This document shows, one piece after another, positions 26,680 through 38,581 of a DNA stretch of 64,000 nt. A model generated the notes under the pieces. The model saw nothing but the letters and a program-made list of their open reading frames with translations, made no database searches and was not told where the DNA came from. Origin of the DNA: Eledone cirrhosa (taxonomy: Eukaryota); assembly GCA_964016885.1 (NCBI GenBank), contig OZ024742.1, forward strand, positions 254,448,001 through 254,512,000, in the 5' to 3' direction. Made by a program: the position numbers and the translations under genes. Numbering within the stretch: the stretch's first letter is position 1; each line of letters begins with the position of its first letter.

Positions 26680-28077
26680 CATCATCATCATCATCATCAT
26701 CAGGTTTAGCGTCCGTGTTCCACGCTTGCATGGGTTTGGACGGGGGTTTTCCCACTTGAGGCAAGAGTGGTAGTCTTGCTCGCATAGGACTGTCTGGCGG
26801 GTTTTCTACAGTTGGATGCCCTTCCTAACACCAACCACATTTACAGTGTGGGGCTGGGAGGTTTTTACCGTGTTGCCTACACGGCCACATTACAGCGTGG
26901 ACTGTCTGGCGGGTTTTCTACAGCTGGATGCCCTTCCTAACACCAACCACATTTACAGTGTGGGTCTGGGAGGTTTTTACCGTGTTGCCTACACGGCCAC
27001 ATTTACAGCGTGGACTGTGTGTTTTTTGTCGTGACACCTACACGATCTCATTTGTTTCGGCCTGGATGTTGTGGGACCAACATAACTTTACATTGAAAGG
27101 GGCGGTGTGGGTGGGGTGGAGGTGGTGGGATGGGGGTGTGTTTTGATAGAGATGCCTACTGACTGTAGTAGGTTTTTACTTTGTATTTAGGTAAGGCGGG
27201 TCTTCTCTATTACTGAGTACCGCCAAAGGTCTCGGTCCAGTGACATTGTCTTGGAGAGGTGTAAGCGTGTGAGGTCGGAATTTATCAGCTCGTCCCATGT
27301 TTTTCTAGGTCTGCCTACTCCGTGGCTACCGTCTATCTTTATTGCCCTGCACTTTGTTATACAGCTGTCGTCTTTCATGCGCATCACGTGACCGTACCAA
27401 CGTAGCCTTCTCTCGAGTAAACAACATCTGATCCCTCTTATTTCTAATTTTTTCCTTAGTTCGTTTATGCTTTGCCGTTCACGTATATTACTATTGCACA
27501 TCCAGCGGAGCATGCAAGCTTCGTTCCTCTCTAGTCTGCGTATATCCTCTGCACACAATGCCCAGGTCTCACTGCCATGCAGCATTGCTGTTCGTATGCA
27601 GGCATCGTATATCCTGCCTTTCATTTTTAGGGAGAACCCTCTAGCGGCTAATAGTGGTATAAGCTCTCTGAACTTTTTCCATCCAGTTCTGACTCTAGCT
27701 ACTGTACTTTCAGAGCACCCTCCCCCACTGCTGATTTTGTCACCCAGATAACGGAAGCTGTCCACTATTTCTATAGAACCCTCTGCACAGTTGAAGGAGC
27801 TAGTATTTTGTGGGCACTTGCTGCTACTTATTGCACCAGAGCACCGGCCACATGTAAAATCTATGTTCTTAGTTAGCTTACCTGTGATCCCACTACATCT
27901 TTTATGCACCCATACTTTGCATTTGGGACATAAAATGGAGTTTCTACCTACGCATATCCTACACACTGAGCATGGCCATTTCCCAGATGGGACCGCCGCC
28001 TTATTTTCTTTCCTACAAACTAGAACTTTAGTCTTAGCCAGGTTAATTTTAAGGCCTTTTGATTCTAGGCCGTGCTT
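26678..28077 (-). mobile_element. RTE LINE, family A, 5'-truncated
   Basis: Open frame from KHGLESKGLKINL to EKTRLT* (27187). 3' UTR carries a 112-bp internal duplication. (GAT)n tail. Confidence 0.96.
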
Positions 28078-28091
28078 ATATATATATATAA

Positions 28092-28167
28092 AAGGGTGTC
28101 CCAAAAAATGTATACACAATTCAACCAAAATTCTAATCAAAATGTGTGAGCATTTTTTGGGGACACC

Positions 28168-28170
<3 letters not shown>
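28092..28170. mobile_element. About 79-bp Tc1/mariner-type MITE
   Basis: TIRs (C/A)AGGGTGTCCCAAAAAATG / CATTTTTTGGGGACACCCTG, flanked by TA repeats. Confidence 0.75.
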
Positions 28171-28245
<75 letters not shown>

Positions 28246-28248
<3 letters not shown>

Positions 28249-29530
28249 TGTCATACCCAAAGACTGGTGCAGCAGTATTCTCATAAATTGCTAAAAAAGG
28301 TAAAGTTGATGCTCTGGAGAGGAGCAATTATAGTGGTATACTGATGGATCAGGTTATGAAAGTGGCAGAAAGGATATTAGCACAACTAATTAGAGTAAGG
28401 TTCAAACTAGATGAGATGCAGTTTGGTTTTATGCCTGGGAAGAGTACAACAGATGCCCTCTTCTTGGTGAGACAATTGCAAGAGTGGTTTTTAGAGAAAA
28501 ATAAGCCACTATACTTAGCCTTTGTTGACCTAGAGAAGGCGTTTGATAGGGTACCCCGATCTGTCATCTGGTGGTCCCTAAGGAAACTAGGTGTTAAGGA
28601 ATGACTTGTGAGGACAGTGCAAACTTTGTACAGAGGTACTCTCAGTAAAGTCAGTGTAGGAATGCAGTTTAGTGAGGAATTTCCAGATACAAGTAGGAGT
28701 ACATCAAGGTTCGGTCCTCAGCCCACTCTTGTTCATTATAGTCCTCCAAGCCATAACAGAGGAGTTTAAGACAGGCTGTCCATGGGAACTTCTCTATGCT
28801 GACGATCTGATTCTTGTAGCAGAATCAGTAGAGGAGCTAGAGAATAAATTTTGGCTATGGAAACAGCAGTTGGAAGCAAGAGGACTGAGAGTAAACCTAG
28901 CTAAGACAAAAGTAGTTTCCAGTACCTAGGAGATCAGATTAGCATGGGAGGAGGGTGTTCCGAGGCCATAGTATCTAGAATAAGGATGGGTTGGAAGAAA
29001 TTTAGGGAGCTGCTTCCTCTGCTGACGAAGAAGGGTTTCTCCCTGCGTACGAAAGGCCGGTTGTATGATGCCTGTGTGAGGAGCGCAATGCTGCATGGTA
29101 GTGAGACATGGGCAGCAACTGCAGAGGATATGCGATGGCTGGAGAGAAATGAGGAAAGCATGCTCCGTTGGATGTGCAGTGTAAATGTGCGTGAATGACC
29201 CAGCATGAATGTGCTGAGAGCGAAACTGTGTCTGAGAGGGATAGAATGTAGTGTACGGGAGAGGAGACTGAGGTGGTATGGACATGTGATGCACATGGAG
29301 GATGAGCGATTGGTGAAGAAGTGCCAGCAAATGCCAGCTGAAGGAAGACATGGTAGAGATAGACCACGAAAAACATGGGCGGAGGTAGTGAGAATAGAAC
29401 TCAGATCATTGAAGCTCACGGTGGAGATGACGAGGAACCGTGACGAGTGGAGAGATGCTGTGCTGAATAAGACCTGTCCCACCCTTGTGAGCAGGGAAGA
29501 GCGGACGTAAAATGATGATGATAATGATGA

Positions 29531-29535
<5 letters not shown>
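28246..29535 (+). mobile_element. RTE LINE, family C, truncated with an internal deletion
   Basis: RT motifs (DLEKAFDRVP, YADD). The PHD region is deleted near 28918 (KTKVV joined to FQYLG). The ORF stop overlaps the start of the (GAT)n tail. Confidence 0.92.
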
Positions 29536-29599
<64 letters not shown>

Positions 29600-29620
29600 T
29601 ATATATATATATATAATAGT

Positions 29621-29810
29621 GGTCGGCGGATTGGCAGTATCGGTAGAGGGTCGGACGCTATGCTTTCCAGCATAGTTACGTCCCTTTACGATCTGAGTTC
29701 AAATCCCGCCGAGGTTGACTTTGCCTTTCATCCTTACGGGGTCGATAAAATAAAGTACCAGTAATGCACTGGGTAATTGCTGGCCTTGTGCCTAAAGTAG
29801 AAACAATTAT
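29621..29810 (+). mobile_element. tRNA-derived SINE family 1, full length
   Basis: A-box TGGCAGTATCGG, B-box GAGTTCAAATCCC. The central block resembles the Deu/Nin-type SINE domain (recalled, unverified). AATTAT tail. Confidence 0.9.
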
Positions 29811-31009
29811 ATATATATACATATACTATACACACAAACATATGCATACAGAGATATTTACAATATTCATACATGTGTGTATGTGCGTGTGTGTGTGTAA
29901 AAATATCTATTCATATATACATATACATATGTCTATTGAAGATAAGGAGTATATTTATTATTAGATTTCAGAGGCAATTTGATAGCAATTAATCGTTTGA
30001 TCATGTGCTTTACATTACATATCAATTTCACACGCAAAACTATATCCAATAACCTCTCAGATCATGTGACCATGCAAGTAGGTACTAAAGTTAGAAATAT
30101 TATTCTGTGAAATGAAATATAAAAGTGTATATCTACTTAATGTTTAATACATTATCATAGATAGATAGGTGTAATATCAGAGGTGTTTGATCACAGCAAC
30201 TAATCAGTGTAACAAGTGTAGAGGTTTATGCAAAATTTCAGACATACTCTTTTGATGACCTTCTGTCTATCAGCACTTAGACAATTCTATTTTCTATTTT
30301 TATTCAAATACTCTATGATTGATGGTGATTTTGTTGCTCTAAGCAGTGTAAATATAAGTGAGTGTGTGTGTGCTCTTCTCATGCACACATCTGTAAACTC
30401 TCACGTACACAATACTACCTAGACGACAGTCTTTCAAGCACAACATAGTCTAATGCACATCACAAACTTGATGCCTTCACAGCTTTGTACTGGCACACAC
30501 ACGCACACACACTGACACACACACAACACTCACACACAACACTCGTATACACACACATTTACACATAGAATCTCTAGACACATGATGATTATCTCCCTTT
30601 TTATAATTCTTTAGTATATGAGTCCCATTCTGACCTGCAATTTTCTGAGATGGCAGACTAATTACATGTGTTTTTTCCGGGAGAAATCTTTTTCACCATT
30701 TCCTTCTTTTCTTACATTTCTATATCTATCTCTTCTTTCTTTTATCTCTCAGTCTAACTATATGATTCTACTGTGTGAATTTTATGTGTTGATTTTATCA
30801 AACACACACACACAAACATATATATATGTATAAAAATATATATCATATTCGATACATGGTAATTAAGGATAGATTTTTGTGGATTCTACAGAAAAAACTT
30901 ATATGCTTAATTATCATGTATTTAATTGGTATATTACATCTATGTTTACATATCAAGGGCTCATTCTTTTACAAATCTACACTCCCATAATGATATATTT
31001 ATATATATA

Positions 31010-31040
31010 CTAGCTGCACTACCCGGTAATAACTGGGAAA
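31010..31040 (-). mobile_element. Helitron-like 3' terminus
   Basis: Minus strand CCCAGTTATTACCGGG hairpin, then ...CTAG followed by T. The element probably extends toward about 31850. Confidence 0.5.
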
Positions 31041-31871
31041 GGTGGGGTTATTTGCAGTTCCTAGAGTGCGCCTGAAAATGCTAGCAACCCTGGGTGCCCA
31101 TACTGGATTTTCAATAGCAACCTTTACTAGGTGTGTTTATGGCAGATCAATTTTTTGTGTGGAACTATCAATAGCTGTTTAAGTCATAATTCCTTCCATC
31201 CTGCTTTCTTCATTCAGAGTGAATAAGTCGGGGAAATTTGAACTCGAAGAGTATCCAACTTATTCAACAAACTTATGTATAAGAATAGCAAACTTACTGC
31301 CTTAGCACTCAAGAACAAACACAGAACAATTGAGGAAGTCATCGCAATTATTGAAGAAATTATAACCGAGTGAACATATTCAGGTACTGTTCAAGCACCC
31401 TGTATATCACCGTTTGTAAAACCCTTCGAATGACTGAAGCAATTCAATAAAACCATCCCGTTTTCCCCCTATAGTAGACATAACCTGAGAAAAACTCCCA
31501 TAATAAGTCGGATAAACAATCAGAAGCGTTGGCCTTAAAGAGGGCCTTGTAACGTTTACTGTTGCAAAGTGTCAATAATGGGGGAGAAGTTACATCTTAA
31601 ATTGTGTTAATCTTCCCACAATCTGACATGTCGAAATATCAACAAAATAAAATCTACTCTTAAAGACGGCATGCCAGGAGTACGAATATTCGTCAACATG
31701 CGATTTTGGTTTTATTCTTCAGACTAATCCCATGGTAAGCCAACTTCCAGGTCATTGACATCACACTTTTTTGTAACTTATCACCGATTCCTGCAGTTGA
31801 CCTTGATGTGACCTAAGCATGTGCATGTGTTCAGAATCCATATCAGTTGATGTGATATATATATATGTTTT

Positions 31872-32009
31872 TTAAAATAACAGATTAAAGTTTAAGCAAA
31901 GAATCGCTGCTTACACACTTAACAGGATCTTTTTTTTTTTTAGTTTCAGAAGATCCCGTTAAGTGTGTAAACAGCAATTCTTTGCTTAAACTTTAATCTG
32001 TTATTTTAA
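31872..32009. repeat. Fold-back palindrome, 60-bp arms, 18-nt spacer
   Basis: 31872-31931 is the reverse complement of 31950-32009 with three transition mismatches. Confidence 0.95.
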
Positions 32010-32114
32010 TGAATATTTGCTCTAGGGTTCTTATATATTTGATATATATTTATCCTTATCGAGCCCTCTTTGGAATTTAGTCTTTGCATATATTATTATT
32101 ACTAAATGTGTATA

Positions 32115-32435
32115 TCATCATCATCATCATTTCATTTTACGTCCGCTTTTTCCCTGCTTGCAAGGGTGGGACGGGAACTGATTCTGGCTTGATTTCTACA
32201 GCTGGATGCCCTTCCTAACACCAACCTCATTTACAGTGAGTGCTGGGTGCTTTTTTGACGTGGCACCTGCACGACCACTTTGCAGTGGAATGATATGGAC
32301 CCACAGCTGAGTAAACTGGACAATGTGAAATAAAGTGTCTTGCTCAAGGAAACAACACATTAGCCGGGCTGAGAATTGAACTCACAACCTTTCGATTGCA
32401 AGGCCAATGCTCTAACCACTAAGCCATGTGCCTCC
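32115..32435 (-). mobile_element. tRNA-derived CORE-SINE (family 2), full length
   Basis: A-box TGGCTTAGTGG, B-box GAGTTCAATTC, MIR-CORE-like TCCTTGAGCAAGACACTT...CAGTTTACTCAGCTGT, RTE-derived 3' end and (GAT)n tail. Confidence 0.88.
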
Positions 32436-32838
32436 ATGTGCCTCCTATATATATAAACAGAGACATATGTTCAGTCGTCAACCAAAATTAGATTGTCTGC
32501 TTTGTTTGAAATTTCTTTATGTATATTTCTAATAAGTCGTGGCCTCATTTTGGAGGACTGAGTTGGGGAAGGCGGAAGGGTAGTAGTGGAATGGAGGGTT
32601 TAACATACAGTAGTAGTAGTATCTCCTCTTCCCCCTCTCTCACGGAAACGTCTTTTCTTTCCTCCTCCATTGTAAAGAAGTCCCCAGGGTTTCCATTATT
32701 GATTTTCATTGAAATCCAATTAACCAGTCCTGTTTCTGAATACTAGCTTAACATGTGTGTAAAGTTTCATCAGGATCGGATCACTGTTGTAGACGCCAAC
32801 AGGTTATACATGGACAGACAGAAATTGCCATTTACTTA

Positions 32839-32895
<57 letters not shown>

Positions 32896-33662
32896 CCCCC
32901 ATTGGTCACTAATGACCATAGTTTTATACCTGTGTGTTATACCTAATGACTGACATAGTAGTACAATCATAAATTGCTACAAGGGCAAAGGCGATGATCT
33001 AGAAAGGAGCAACTATTGAGGAATCTAAACTATAATAAAGTAAGGGCTGCAGGACTTCGTACGGTTTATTTGTTTTAATCCAGTTAGTAAAATAAGTTGG
33101 ATTACTTTGAATAAATAATGAATGAATATTACATAGCTTATGTGCTAAATTTCGTAAACATAAATAATTTAAAATTGACTTCTTTTAAAATTTTTATTTA
33201 CATTTCTACACTTCCGGTATATCGTTGCGACCACCACCACTTCAACTACCATATATATAGAAAGAGAGAGTGTGTGATGAGAGAGATAGAGAGATTATGA
33301 TTTTCTACACGCTGACGCGTATGAGTGTGCACATACATACATCTATATGTATGAGTATATAACTATTATGAGTATATAACTACAGTCACTCAAACACAAA
33401 CTTATAAAAATACACGCTCACGAACATTCACGCAAATACACATACATTCACACATACTTTCACACAAGCATACATACATTCACACATATACATTTACGCA
33501 AACACACACATACAGTCATGATAGCAGCGTTCGGTGAATTGGAAATGGGAGGGTAAAACAAGTATAACGTTTTATTTATTCATTAACTCTTTATTTATTT
33601 ATTAACTCTTTTTTTTAAAACTCATTTATATCATGGTTACAGAACGAAAACACTAACAAATA

Positions 33663-33982
33663 TAATTGTTTCTACTTTTGGCACAAGGCAACAAGTTAAC
33701 CTCGGTAGGATTTGAACTCATATCGTAAAGGGCCGTAACTCTATGCTGCAAAGCATGGCATCCGACCCTCTACCGATACTACCAATCCACCGCCCTTTTA
33801 ATAATTGTTTCTACTTTTGGCACAAGTCCAGCAACTATCCCAGTGCATTACTGGTACTTTATTTTATCGACTCCGTAAGGATGAAAGGCCAAGTTAACCT
33901 CGACGGAATTTGAACTCAGACCGTAAAGGGACGTAACTATGCTGGAAAGCATGGCGTCCGACCCTCTACCGATACTGCCAAT
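33663..33982 (-). mobile_element. Two adjacent SINE family 1 copies
   Basis: Reverse complements of the 29621-29810 SINE. The first copy is internally deleted. Confidence 0.85.
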
Positions 33983-34029
33983 TCAATATAATATATACAA
34001 AGGAAAGGGAAAAGAAAAAAAGAAAGAAA

Positions 34030-34600
34030 AAATACACAAGCTCATAATACACACATCTTAGACCACATAGAACAAAATGCAGACGAAAGAGTGGAAAAAC
34101 GAGCCGCTACCAGAGCAAAAGATAGCAATATAACGAGGAGCACTGGGAAACCTCTCTAATATTTTTTTAGGCAGGCCAGCAGTGTTACCTGGGGTGATGG
34201 CGAGGCTGAGGTGCTGGAACAACCAAGTGCTCTTACAAGCATCACCAGTTACCTCTGTTTGGCGAGCCGCCAGTGAAGATAAGAATTTCGCTGTCAGTAG
34301 CCTGTCTCCCCCAAACATCTCGAACGCCACAGGCTGGATAATGTAGTTAGCTCACAGAACACGGTATTTTAGGATTTTGTTCTGTTCAGATGTAGATACT
34401 GTAGCTCTCGCCCTTACCGCTGCATCCAGAATGTGGGAAGAAGCAAAAGAATCACTAACTGTGACGTCCCAGGTAAGGCACATGCCTCTTGACCAGGAGC
34501 ACAGAATAAGACCGTCAAGTCTTTTCCTATCAATTCAGAACAACCCAGATGGTTCCAAAATTGAGGGGATGTTTGCCCAGGCCAAAGCTCTTAAGTGGTA
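34030..34600 (-). mobile_element. CRE-like element 3' remnant (endonuclease region)
   Basis: Minus strand IPSILEPSGL...KRLDGL...WDVTV...FQHLSLAITPGN, homologous to 25730-26150. Confidence 0.75.
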
Positions 34601-34784
34601 ATAAGACAGTGTGTGTATGTGCGCGTGCATGAGTTTGTTGGTGTTCTTAAATTAGAGACACGTGTGTGTGTGTCACTGTTTTTAAGTTAGACATATATAT
34701 GTGTGTATCCTTTTCCTTCCTTTTACACACACATACATTCACACAAACACACATACACATTGTGTGAGGGACGGGTGGACAGAA

Positions 34785-35450
34785 ATCCCTCAAATTTATG
34801 CAGATGTGAATGGAGTTCCACTGAAGCAGTTAGAGAAATTCAAGTATCTTGGAGCCGTGTTCATGAGTGATGGAATGCAGGAGGCTGAATTAAGTGCAAG
34901 AATTGCAAATTTAATGCAGTAAGGCACCAGCCTCAGTATTCAGCAATCAGAAGAAAGGGATAGGTGTAAAAGCCAAACTCGCTGTCTTCCTGGTATTCCT
35001 GCCAACTCTTACCGATGATCATGAATCTTGAGTAATGACCAAAAGAATACAATTGCAAATAAAAGTGGCAGAAATGAGATTCCTCCGAAGGGTTTTTGGA
35101 GTAACGTTACTCGATAAAGTGCATAGCTCAGAGACCAGTGAGTCACTCCTGGTAGAGCCGCTACTTCTCCGAATTGAGAGATCACAACTCCGATATTATG
35201 AGCATGTGGTTAGAATGTCTCAGTAAAGAATCACTGGACACATTTTACAGGTAAAACCAAACATGAAGGGACCTAGAGGTAGACCCTGAGCAAGATAGTT
35301 GCATAACATCCATGGGCTTGGCAGGTCACGCTTTGGGATCCAGCTGGATCAGTTAGAGGTGTTTGCTACTGACAGACTTGCTGGAAGGAGTGTGTGAGAA
35401 GGACTCTGTCCCCACAACCCTCTCAGAAATAAGTGGGTGAAGAAGAAGAT
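34785..35450 (+). mobile_element. RTE LINE, family D (no PHD), 3' fragment
   Basis: NGVPLKQLEKFKYLG, AEMRFLRR, IERSQLRY motifs and a (GAA)n tail. Confidence 0.85.
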
Positions 35451-35574
35451 ATTGTCAATTTACTTTTCAATTTACATATATCTATATGCATATATATTTG
35501 CGTATAATACCAATATGCACACTACATATGCTAGTAGAAAACCGCTCGTAGGGCGGTTTTTCTGCTAGTAAAAC

Positions 35575-36470
35575 TAATGGACCAAATTATGAAAGAGATG
35601 GAAAGAGTTATAGTGCTTCTAATTAGTGAAAGAGTCAAATTAGACGAGATGCAGCTTGGTTTCATACCACGGAACGTACTATAGACGCCCTATTTTTAGC
35701 GAGGCAACTACAGGAGAAGTTACTAGCCAAATTATAAGCAATTATACTTAGCTTTCATTGGTCTAGAAAAGGCCTTTGACAGAGTACCTCAATCTATTAT
35801 CTGGTGTTTCTTAAGAAAATTAAATGTAGAAGAATGGCTGGTGAGAGCAGTGTAAACCATCTACAGAGAATCTGTCAGCAAAGTGAGAGTATGAAGTGAG
35901 TTTAGTGAGGAATTTAATGTACAGTTTGTAGTTCATCAGGGTTCTGTTCTTAGCTCACTAGTATTAATTATAGCTCTCCAGGCTATAACAGTGTAGTTTA
36001 AGACCAGCTGCTAATGGAAAACTTCTCTATGCAGATGATCTGGTCCTTATAACTGAATCCATAAAAGAACTAGAAAATAAGTTATGACTATGGAAACAGA
36101 ATTTGAAATAAAATGGTCTGATAGTAAACTTAGCCAAACCCATAGTGCTAGTGAGTAGAAGAAAAGATAGGACTCTGATTCTGGTCCTGCTTAATATGTA
36201 GAAAAGGATTGGGCATAACCTTGATACAATGTGTTCAATGTAAGTCTTGGGTACACAAGAGATGTAATGGGATAACAGGTAGACTAACAGGAAAGGAAGA
36301 CTTTGTAATTAGAAGATCTATAGGGCTAACTAAGGGGAAGAATGCCAGTGATATAAACATTTTCCATTCACAGGAAGAGCACATAGAAGTGCTTAATAGC
36401 TTCTGCTATCTAGGTGACTTAATTAACAATGGATGAGGGTGCTCTGAGAGTATAATAGCTAGACAGTAGG
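35575..36470 (+). mobile_element. Heavily decayed RTE RT/PHD fragment
   Basis: LDEMQ, LEKAFDRVP, YADD and CKSWVHKRC motifs with many stops. Confidence 0.85.
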
Positions 36471-37786
36471 AGTAGCTCTGTAAACTTTTTTTTACTTCCA
36501 GTTGAGCCAGCTTTACTCTATGTAAATTTGGCTGATCAGCCAATGTAAACTATATGTTTTAGCTTATATGAAGTTCCAGCAGTAAGCGGTCAGCAGCACT
36601 ACTTTGATAATGACCAATGTCAGATATAATGACGTCATCATCACTAGTTGCCCGTACTTAGCTTCTGCCGGAACACACTAAATGGTGCTACACTATCAGT
36701 TTTCAAATTCATAGCTGAAGGCTTTCAAAATGTTTATTTATAAACAAAGTATATGTTGCAAGATATACAACTTCACGTATTATATATATACTTATTTAGC
36801 AGGTTAAAGAAGATTGCTTGTTTGTTTGTTTAGTTCATTTGCAGTTGTGTGTTAGGAGTTGCAAAATATACTTAAAGGAATAGTTAAATGGGTGGTTTGT
36901 TGGTCAAGTCCATGGCAAGAGTGTGTTGTGTGTCTCAGTGAGTTTAGAGTGAAGTCCTATCATGGTCGAGGAAACTTGTTGTTGTAGTTGCATATTGTCG
37001 TGATGTGATATTGCTGTGAGGAGAACAATTTCACCAATCACATTGATATGAATTTACAAATGAAAAAGATACTAGTAATTTAAATGTTTTTATTGCTTTC
37101 ATGATTTACTTTGAAATCATGTGCTGTAATAATGAACAAATATACACATATAATAAAAGTGTGTTGATTCTGTGTGTTATGTAGAATCTCAAATAGTGAA
37201 TTTATTAATATTTTGGTGGATGTTGGTAGCCAGCTCTACCTGCCAGCAGGGCTGGCTAACAGGGTGTGTGGGTGTCTGTGTGTGTGTGTGTGGCTACATC
37301 CTGTATTGTACTGTGTGTATGTTGATGAGCCAAGAAAGACACTCTCTATCCTGGGGACAAAATCTTTTGTATTTATAAGGATTGTGTGCCCAGGGAACAT
37401 TGAATACATGGCTCTTGATATTTTCTTTTTAAACAAAGGAAGTAAATCTTTTTGGAGATGTTGTTAGCTCATCAAAAGAATTGGTTAGAATATCAGTTAG
37501 ACTAATTGAGGTTAAATGTCAGTGTGTATTGAGAAAGCAACCTTCTGAGAACATGGGAATGGTTTCTCTACACACACACACACACAAACACTCACAAACG
37601 CACACATATATATATATATATTGTTATATTTGGGGAGGGTCATATTGTTATAATATTGCAAAAAATAATAATAAGATACACTCATTGTTTGGTTTGGATT
37701 GGTTTTCACTTTATCTCCATAGTTAATTTATCTGGCAATCAATGTTTATCTTTGATTGACCAACAGTTAAAAATACAGATGTAAAT

Positions 37787-37874
<88 letters not shown>

Positions 37875-38429
37875 CTTGTTAAATGCATAGACCCATCTCA
37901 ATCATTACCTTCTTGCTAGCTATTTTCAAACCTTAATTCCTAACGTATTTTCAAACCCCAATCCCTAATTCTAGCGTATCTTCAAAACAAAAAAGCAAAA
38001 TCCTTTCCTTCTTCCTTCTTCGAAGGCACGGGGCGGTCAAACGCCTAACACCCACAGCCATCATGTGGCCCCCTACCTTCGCACTCTCTCTCTCTCTCTC
38101 TCTCTCCCTATAAATATATGATAGGAATTCACTTCGCCAAATTTCATTTCTTTGCCTGCTGTCCAAACGAAACTCTCATGTAAACGTAATGTACAGACTT
38201 CATCTCTCTCTCTCTGTCTCCTAGCGTATTTTCAAAACAATCCACATTTCGTATTTCAAGTCCAAATAGCCATTCTATCGCTAAAACAAACTACATTTTC
38301 TGTTTCTATTAAGTGCTAAATACGTTTAGGTTTTTGGACGTATTTAACTGAACAAATTTTGTATTTTTGTTAATCGCTTGTTAAATGCATAGACCCATCT
38401 CAATCATTACCTTCTTGCTAGCTACCCAA

Positions 38430-38531
38430 CACCCCCACGCACCACCATTGCTATTACGTGGACCAATCATAAAACAGAGCCCCCACGTATCACCAGTATT
38501 ATTACGCGGACCAATCAGAAACCAGAGGCCT
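38430..38531 (+). promoter_or_regulatory. Tandem CCAAT-box repeats in the LINE 5' UTR (putative internal promoter)
   Basis: TATTACGTGGACCAATCA and TATTACGCGGACCAATCA in two imperfect tandem units just upstream of the ORF. Confidence 0.45.
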
Positions 38532-38581
38532 ATACTATCGCTTGCCTGGTTGCCTTTCGATATACGATATATGATGGATGG

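Noticed and set aside
27187-28284. 365-aa ORF as a novel gene
   Set aside because: Chance read-through from microsatellites and a MITE into an RTE C-terminus.
29621-29720. tRNA gene
   Set aside because: A and B boxes are present but there is no cloverleaf. It is the head of a multi-copy SINE.
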